Assembly (NCBI RefSeq): GCF_040096355.1
Contig: NZ_JBBMEX010000002.1
Location: 272,483-296,482, forward strand
Direction of reading: 5' to 3'
Source: Maccoyibacter intestinihominis
GTDB taxonomy: Bacteria; Bacillota; Clostridia; Lachnospirales; Lachnospiraceae
Length of the DNA: 24,000 nucleotides
In this document: in pieces, positions 17,651-24,000 of the stretch
Position numbering within the stretch: the first letter of the stretch is position 1
Layout: every line of letters starts with the position of its first letter
Position numbers and translations under genes: made by a program
Notes under the pieces: generated by a model
What the model saw: only the letters and a program-made list of their open reading frames with translations
The model's database searches: none
Told to the model about the DNA's origin: nothing

Positions 17651-18121
17651 ATGTATCTTGAAACATATTCTATGGAAGAACTGATGGAGCTGATAGAAGA
17701 GAAAGGGTATTGCTCTGTGGAGGCAGTAGAAATCCTGAAAGAAATGGAACAGGCAAAAAAAGAGTATGATTTTTTACTCCGGGATTGTGAGGAAAAAGCG
17801 TGGAAAACAGACCAGGTGGTAGTTGATTATTACCGGCATCTCTTAGAAGAATTACGGAAATCGTTGCCCTATGATGCTATGGGAGGGCAGTACACAATTC
17901 CGATTTTGGTGTTACAGGAGTTCCGTAAACCGGACATTGTAGAAAAAATCAGGGATTTTATTGGTTGTCAGGCTGGATTTTCCGATCATGCTCTGTTACA
18001 GGAAATACAGAAATTTATGACCGTACATCTGGACCCGCAGGGAATTATCCTCTATATGGACGTATTGGGAAACCAGCCGGCGGCAAGGAATGTTTACAAA
18101 CAGGGAGGACAAATGTGGTAA
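17651..18121 (+). CDS. Hypothetical element-borne protein A (intact copy)
   Basis: 156-aa ORF with ggaggagcc RBS; partial paralogous copy at 19909-20190. Confidence 0.7.
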   Translation: MYLETYSMEELMELIEEKGYCSVEAVEILKEMEQAKKEYDFLLRDCEEKAWKTDQVVVDYYRHLLEELRKSLPYDAMGGQYTIPILVLQEFRKPDIVEKIRDFIGCQAGFSDHALLQEIQKFMTVHLDPQGIILYMDVLGNQPAARNVYKQGGQMW

Positions 18122-18198
18122 AAGAAAGAGTATTGGCGGTTCTCGACATCATTATGAAAATAAGATATAGGAAGATTATTGAAAAAGTGGTACAATAA
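18115..18198 (+). pseudogene. Truncated 5' copy of gene B (intact copy at 20202-20948)
   Basis: MVKERVLAVLDIIMK... vs MVKERVLAVPDTSIF...; nucleotide match through gtggtaaaagaaagagtattggcggttc, then divergence. Confidence 0.75.
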
Positions 18199-18285
18199 AA
18201 TATAAAGAAAAATAAGCATTAAAAGTAATATAAAAACCAAAGAAAATATGATAGGTTAATAATTTAACTTAGAAATAGAATACGA

Positions 18286-18879
18286 ATGGAGATGTTTAAA
18301 ATGGGTACATTGATACGTGAAAATAAAAGGAAAATAGCACTTAGTCTTAATATGGGTTTGTTGTTAATGGGATGTTTAATGTTAACGATTGGTGCATATC
18401 CAGCCTTATATAGTGGTGGAGCAAATGAAACACGTTTATCAATAGGAGCAACATGTATTGCATTTTGGTTTATTAGTTTTCCTGCTTTATCGAGAGAAAC
18501 TAAAGAGAAAAAGATAGTTACAGTAAGCATCCATGCCATTACTGCATTTTCTGTTTTAATTATATTTTCTTGGGAGATACATTATATTCTTGTTAATTGG
18601 AAAAAAGGATCTCACTTGGGAGATATAGGATTTTGCATAGGGGGCATAATCGTGTGTTCCTATTTGTGTTATATACTTATCTCGTTCATTAAAACATTTT
18701 ATTTTTTAATACAGAAGGTAAGGAGATTACTGTTTCCTAATAGTACAAATCAAAATGTTTCCAGAATTGTACATCTGCTAGAAATGGCTTCTTCGTTAAT
18801 AGTATCTTTAACAGCTTTTATCGGAAGTCTAACAGCTGCTTGTGTAGCAGTGCAAACATTTTTGGAACATATTTACTAG
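18286..18879 (+). CDS. Small multi-spanning membrane protein (about 5 hydrophobic segments) next to AbiH
   Basis: Hydrophobic runs such as IALSLNMGLLLMGCLMLTIGAYPALY, IVTVSIHAITAFSVLIIFSW, IGFCIGGIIVCSYLCYILISF, SLIVSLTAFIGSLTAACVAV; start could be 18286, 18292 or 18301. Confidence 0.75.
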   Translation: MEMFKMGTLIRENKRKIALSLNMGLLLMGCLMLTIGAYPALYSGGANETRLSIGATCIAFWFISFPALSRETKEKKIVTVSIHAITAFSVLIIFSWEIHYILVNWKKGSHLGDIGFCIGGIIVCSYLCYILISFIKTFYFLIQKVRRLLFPNSTNQNVSRIVHLLEMASSLIVSLTAFIGSLTAACVAVQTFLEHIY

Positions 18880-18892
18880 GAGAGAAAAGAAA

Positions 18893-19798
18893 TTGGACAG
18901 ATTGGTTATTATAGGAAATGGTTTTGATCGGGCACACAATTTGCCCACTTCGTATTATGATTTTAAGGAGTATTTGAGAATATATGCTCGTGAATTTTAT
19001 GAAGCTATATGTAAATATATACCAGAAGAAGAATTGTGGTTTCAATTTGAAATGGCTTTAGGCGAATTAGATAAATATCAAGTGCAAGAAGAAAATGCTT
19101 CATATTATCTTGATTATGGTGACGAAAATTGGAAAGACAGTGCTAATCATGACTTTCAATTTATGGTTGAGCAGGATTTGGCATTTGCATCTTATATTCC
19201 ATATTATTTTAAGAAATGGATTGAGCAAATAGATACAAACGTTTTACCTTTGGTATCAAAGCGTATAATAAATAATACGTGTAAGATTCTAAATTTTAAT
19301 TATACGGATACATTAGAAAGAGCATATAAAGTACCTGCTGAGAATATTTTATACATTCATGGAAAAGCCCTGAGCAGTAAGAAACTTGTAGTGGGACATC
19401 ATGATATTTCTACTTTTCAGTACGGAGCTGTTTCTCCATTTAATGCAGCGGAAGAACATGGAATATATATACAAGATGATGATGAAGATTTTAGAATAAC
19501 TGAAACAAAAGAAATCATTAAAGCCTATTTTCAAAAGACATATAAAGATACGTTTGGTATTATACAAATGAATCAAAATTTTTTTGACTCTCTTATAAAT
19601 ATAAATGAAATATTTATATTAGGTCATTCGTTATCTTCTGTAGATATGGATTATTTTGTTGAGATTAGAAAGAGAGTATTACATTCGTGTAAATGGTATA
19701 TTTCATATTTCTCAGAAAGTGATTTAGATAATATGGAATATTTTGCAAAAAGGTTAGATATTAAAAATTTTCAGCCGGTAATGCTAAGTAATTTATAA
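18893..19798 (+). CDS. AbiH-family bacteriophage abortive infection protein
   Basis: TTG start; LVIIGNGFDRAHNLPTSYYDFKEYLR, ILNFNYTDTLE, YIHGKA...LVVGHHD, IFILGHSLSSVDMDYFVEI are hallmark AbiH motifs. Confidence 0.88.
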   Translation: MDRLVIIGNGFDRAHNLPTSYYDFKEYLRIYAREFYEAICKYIPEEELWFQFEMALGELDKYQVQEENASYYLDYGDENWKDSANHDFQFMVEQDLAFASYIPYYFKKWIEQIDTNVLPLVSKRIINNTCKILNFNYTDTLERAYKVPAENILYIHGKALSSKKLVVGHHDISTFQYGAVSPFNAAEEHGIYIQDDDEDFRITETKEIIKAYFQKTYKDTFGIIQMNQNFFDSLININEIFILGHSLSSVDMDYFVEIRKRVLHSCKWYISYFSESDLDNMEYFAKRLDIKNFQPVMLSNL

Positions 19799-19829
19799 TA
19801 CGATTATACAGTCAGAAAAGACTAATAAA

Positions 19830-20225
19830 AGAAGAGGAAAACGCTGCGGTGCCTTCCTCTTCTTTTATTTAGAAGAAAATTTAGAAAAGAAGGAAGGGGA
19901 GAAGAGCCATGTATCTTGAAACATATTTTACGGAAAGACTATGAAAAAAGCTAGCATATAATGCTATGGGAGGTCAGCACACGATTCCGATTCTGGTGTT
20001 ACAAGAGTTCCGTAAACGGGATATTGTAGAAAAAATCAGGAATTTTATTGGCTGCCAGGCTGGGTTTTCTGATCATGATCTGTTACAGGAAATACAGAAA
20101 TTTATTACCGTACATCTGGACTCGCAGGGAATTATCCTCTATATGGACGTACTGGGGAATTTGCCGCGTGCAAGAAATAGTTACAAGTAAGGAGGACAAA
20201 TGTGGTAAAAGAAAGAGTATTAGCA
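19830..20225 (+). repeat. Direct-repeat arm 2 (terminator + internally deleted gene A + start of gene B)
   Basis: Matches arm 1 at 17574-18143, with an internal deletion of gene A after gtatcttgaaacatatt. Confidence 0.8.
19909..20190 (+). pseudogene. Internally deleted copy of gene A
   Basis: Starts MYLETYFTERL* then reopens as MGGQHTIPILVLQEFRKRDIVEKIRNFIGCQ..., 65 of 74 residues identical to the C-terminal half of the intact gene A. Confidence 0.8.
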
Positions 20226-20948
20226 GTTCCAGATACAAGCATTTTTATTGCGGAGTTGCCGGAAGCAACCAGAAATATCATACGGAAAGATTTAGAGGAA
20301 CATGCAAGGGAACATCATTACCGGCTGGAATGGGACCGGGAAAGTAAAGATTATGTGGCAATGAGCCGGAGATTTTGCGATATGGAAAACATTTATACGG
20401 ATACATATCTGCATTTCTGCGAGACAGGGGAAGATATAGAACCCTATGAAAAAAGCCTGAAGCGGACTATTTCTATCAGGTTGTATCAAGATGAGGTAGA
20501 AGAGCTCTGTAGGAAGTCTGGAAAAGTTGGGCTATCAATCGGTGAACTATTTGAAAACTTTGTTGCAGATTTGATTTGTGGTACACATACCAATGGTTCT
20601 GATGAACGCATGTATATTGAGCAATGGTTTGACCGGTGCTATTTCAGTATTATGCCAGAGGAAACATTTTTATCTTATCTGCTTGAAATGCGGGAGATAG
20701 ACAGTGTTTTGGAATGCTGGGAAATCTTGCAGGAGTTGAAGGAGCTGGAAGAGCCGGATTGTTATGATAAAGAGGAACTGGAGATACAGCAGAACACTTT
20801 GGAAGACTATTTTCAGGAATATAGAACCTATACAAGAGAAACGACAGAAGACCAGTTGGAAGCTGCTATGGAAAAGGTGCTGGAATGGAATAAAGAAAGA
20901 GAGTATTTGTTGGAGGGAAATGTCCCAGATAAGTCTTTGGGACGGTAG
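20202..20948 (+). CDS. Hypothetical element-borne protein B (intact copy)
   Basis: 248-aa ORF, GTG start with ggaggac RBS; truncated paralog at 18115. Confidence 0.75.
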   Translation: MVKERVLAVPDTSIFIAELPEATRNIIRKDLEEHAREHHYRLEWDRESKDYVAMSRRFCDMENIYTDTYLHFCETGEDIEPYEKSLKRTISIRLYQDEVEELCRKSGKVGLSIGELFENFVADLICGTHTNGSDERMYIEQWFDRCYFSIMPEETFLSYLLEMREIDSVLECWEILQELKELEEPDCYDKEELEIQQNTLEDYFQEYRTYTRETTEDQLEAAMEKVLEWNKEREYLLEGNVPDKSLGR

Positions 20949-20973
20949 CCGGATTGGAGAAAGGAAGAAAACA

Positions 20974-21495
20974 GTGATAAGTAATGCGGAAAGAATTGTG
21001 TTAAGAAATATGTACCCACCGGGGTGTCGGGTAGAGTTGGAAGATATGGAAGCTGATCCGTATGTAAAACTGAGTCCCGGTGATTTAGGAACCGTACAGT
21101 TTGTAGATGATGCCGGACAGATTCATGTATCTTGGGATTGCGGACACAGCCTTGCTATGGTATTTGGTGTTGATCATTGCAGATGTATTATGAGAGAGGA
21201 ACGTTTGCAGGAGCTATTACAAAGAGTACAGGCTATGCCATTTGAGAGTTTGGAAAAAATGGAACTGTATATTAGGGAAAAATTATCCGGGGCTTTCCCT
21301 AAAATCAGTTTTCAGGAGAAAGAAGGGCAGGAGGCTTTTGTAGATATGGGAGTTGCTGCATTTATGAAAAAAGGTCTTGGTGTGGCAATTCAATATGAAA
21401 CTGACAGCCAGCAGCACATCTTTATAAAAAAGATGGAAATGCAGGGACAGGAGTTGGAAAGGAAAAATCCTTTTCCAGTACAGAAGAAGCGATAA
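20974..21495 (+). CDS. DUF4314-like domain protein
   Basis: GTG start 20974; MYPPGCRVELEDMEADPYVKLSPGDLGTVQFVDDAGQIHVSWDCGHSLAMVFGVDHCR matches the remembered DUF4314 pattern; listed ORF begins earlier, at 20764. Confidence 0.75.
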   Translation: MISNAERIVLRNMYPPGCRVELEDMEADPYVKLSPGDLGTVQFVDDAGQIHVSWDCGHSLAMVFGVDHCRCIMREERLQELLQRVQAMPFESLEKMELYIREKLSGAFPKISFQEKEGQEAFVDMGVAAFMKKGLGVAIQYETDSQQHIFIKKMEMQGQELERKNPFPVQKKR

Positions 21496-21550
21496 GAATG
21501 GTTTCTTTTAATTGCAAAAATCGACAATTTTTTTTGGATATAACTTGACA

Positions 21551-22126
21551 GGATAGGGAAAATCCACCTTATTGAATATTATAGGAGGAATTGAAACAGC
21601 CGATGAGGGCAGCATCATCATTGATGGCGAGACCGTAGAGAACATGAATGACAAGCAGCTTTCCCTGTACAGAAGAAAGCACTTAGGATATGTGTTCCAG
21701 TCCTACAATCTGATTCCGAATCTGACGGTAAAAGAAAATATTGAAACGGGTGCGTACTTAAGCAATGATCCACTGCCGTTGGATGATATGTTAAAAACAC
21801 TCGGACTCTGGGAGCATAAGGACAAAATCCCAAACCAGCTTTCCGGAGGACAGCAGCAGAGAACAGCCATCGGAAGGGCGATCATCAAAAATCCGGACAT
21901 ACTGCTCTGTGATGAGCCAACCGGAGCTTTGGACTATAAGACCTCGAAAGAGATTTTAAAACTCATTGAGACCGTAAATCAGAAATTTGGAAATACCGTC
22001 ATCTTAGTCACACATAATGATGCGATCCGCCATATGGCAGATCAGGTCATAAAGCTGCATGACGGACAGATCCGCCACAATGATAAGAATGAGCAGAAGA
22101 TTCCTGCCGTAGATTTAGACTGGTAA
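21551..22126 (+). pseudogene. ABC transporter ATP-binding protein, 5' part missing; frame broken within the Walker A motif
   Basis: gga tag gga aaa tcc acc tta ttg aat att ata gga gga = G*GKSTLLNIIGG; downstream Q-loop, LSGGQQQRTAIGRA, LLCDEPTGALD intact; upstream sequence is unrelated. Confidence 0.85.
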
Positions 22127-22140
22127 GGAGGGAGCTGTAT

Positions 22141-24000
22141 GAAAAATCCATTACATAAAAGATATCTGCGGGAGTTAAAGCAGGATGCCGGAAAATATCT
22201 GGTACTGTTTTTGTTCCTGACACTGACGATTGGATTTGTATCGGGATTTCAGGTTGCTGACAGCAGTATGACCAAGGCATATGATGAGAGTTTTGAAAAA
22301 TATAAAATAGAAGACGGACATTTTACACTTGCAGTCAAAGCAGATAAGGAATTAAAGAGTAAATTAAAAAAAGAACATCTGAAACTGAGTGAAATCTTTT
22401 ATAAAGATGTAGAGCGTAAAAACGAACATTCCGTGCGTATTTATACCCAAAATGACGATGTCAATAAAATCTGCGTCATGGATGGAAAATTCCCAGAGAA
22501 TAAAGATGAGATCATCATAGACAGGCTTTATGCGGAAAATAATGGGATCGCTATCGGAGACAAGTTTGATGTTGACGGGAAAAAGTTTACGGTCAGCGGA
22601 GTGGCAGCATTTTCTAACTACAGTGCGTTGTTTAAAAACAATACGGATATGATGTTTGATGCTAACAAGTTTACCGTTGCCATGGTAACGAAAAAGGGCT
22701 TTGAGAGGTTTTCTGATGATGAACTGCATTATTGCTATGCATACCGCTGGAATTACCGCGGATATTCGGAGCAGAAAGCATCGGATAAGTCAGACGATGT
22801 CAAAGACATTTTAAAGGAGACCGGCTTACTGACCGATTTTGTCAAGGCAAGTGATAATCAGGCGATCACCTTTACCGGTGAGGACATGGGCGGCGATTTG
22901 GTCATGATCATTACCCTGCTCTATATCGTGATGGTCGTTCTGGCATTTGTCTTTGCCGTAACGACACGCAGTACGATAGAAAAAGAAGCATCAACCATAG
23001 GAACCCTGCGGGCACTCGGCTACACACGGGGTGAACTGATCCGGCATTATCTGACCCTGCCGATCCGGGTTACGCTGATCTCAGCAGTTATCGGAAACAT
23101 TTTAGGATATACCTGTATGAAAGATGTGGTCGTAGATATTTATTATCACAGCTATTCACTTCCGACTTACGAGACGATCTGGAATACGGAAGCCTTCTGG
23201 CTGACGACCGTAGTTCCATGCCTGATCGTATTTGCGATCGTGCTGTTGATCTTAGTTTCCATGATGCATCTGCCACCGTTGCAGTTTTTACGTCACGAGC
23301 TGCGGAAAAAGAAAAAGAAAGGCGTGATACATCTGCCGGAGTTTAAATTTTTTACACGTTTCCGGCTGCGTATCGTATTCCAGAATATTTCAGCATACCT
23401 GCCCCTGTTTTTAGGTGTATTTTTTGCAAGTTTCCTGCTGTTCTTTGGCATGATGATGTCACCACTGTTACAGAACTTTAAAACAGAAGTCATCCATTCA
23501 GAAATTGCAAAGTATCAGTACATTTTAAAGGCACCTGTTCAGACAGAGACAAAGGGTGCGGAAAAATATGCAGTGATGTCCTTACAGACAGAGCGGGGCG
23601 AAGAGATCACGGTCTATGGTGTGGAAGAGGATTCTACCTATTTGAAGGATGCCAAGATCCCTTCCGGAAAAAATAAAGTGCTTCTTTCCGATGGATTTTT
23701 AGAAAAATATGGTCTGAAAGAGGGAGGAAAAGTAACCTTAGAAAAGAAATATGAGGATGATTCCTACACCTTTACCGTCAGTGGTACATATGATTATCCG
23801 GCGACCTTGTCGGTATTTATGAGTATGGAGAATTTTAACCGTATCTTCGATTATGATGAGGATTATTTTAACGGATATTTTACAGATAAAAAAATAAAGG
23901 ATATTGACAGCAGCATGGTTGCATCCATTATCACACAGGATGACCTGACCGTCATTGCGGACCAGTTAGAGGATTCCATGGGCGACATGATGTGGCTGAT
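22141..24000 (+). CDS. FtsX-like ABC transporter permease, 3' end outside window
   Basis: ATG 22141 after aaggagg; MKNPLHKRYLRELKQDAGKYLVLFLFLTLTIGFVSGFQVADSSM...; TIEKEASTIGTLRALGYTRGELIRHYL motif; no stop before 24000, so absent from the ORF track. Confidence 0.88.

Larger units (their letters stand above)
17574..18143 (+). repeat. Direct-repeat arm 1 (terminator + gene A + start of gene B)
   Basis: Matches 19830-20225, e.g. gaggaaaacgctgcggtg, gccatgtatcttgaaacatatt, ggaggacaaatgtggtaaaagaaagagtatt. Confidence 0.8.

Noticed and set aside
17574-20235. CRISPR-like array or tandem repeats
   Set aside because: The repetition is a single pair of long, diverged gene-sized copies; no short regularly spaced repeats were seen here or elsewhere in the window.
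1-24000. Conjugation (relaxase, T4SS) genes, tRNA or rRNA genes
   Set aside because: None seen in the window; the ICE/IME interpretation depends on recombinases, accessory gene types and the disrupted target gene, and conjugation functions would have to lie upstream of the window.

Overview
The window looks like the right-hand part (about 21.55 kb) of an integrated Firmicutes/Lachnospiraceae-type mobile element, followed by its chromosomal junction. From left to right it contains: (i) an AT-rich cargo block with a VanS-like histidine kinase (5' end outside the window), an ABC ATPase/permease pair, and a Cys-rich RiPP locus made up of a SPASM radical-SAM maturase resembling the CcpM/Clo7bot class, a 66-aa six-Cys precursor and an ABC exporter; (ii) a foldback (MITE-like) element, a receiver-less OmpR-type wHTH protein, a hypothetical protein, and a strongly structured non-coding segment ending in a terminator; (iii) a PBECR4-like protein with a 59-aa partner, an XRE regulator and a Spo0A-C-like protein; (iv) a structured leader, a degenerate resolvase-like protein lacking catalytic residues, a DUF6870-like protein, and three overlapping or tandem large serine recombinases; (v) a two-gene cassette (multi-TM protein + AbiH-family protein) lying between two partial, complementary copies of a host-element gene pair; (vi) a DUF4314-like gene; (vii) an ABC-transporter ATPase whose reading frame is broken exactly in the Walker A/P-loop codons, interpreted as the element/chromosome junction, followed by its FtsX-like permease, which runs off the window. 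The best candidates for something new are the TM+AbiH cassette between duplicated arms, the structured RNA at about 8.73-8.91 kb, the dead recombinase paralog with the recombinase triplet, and the P-loop integration site.
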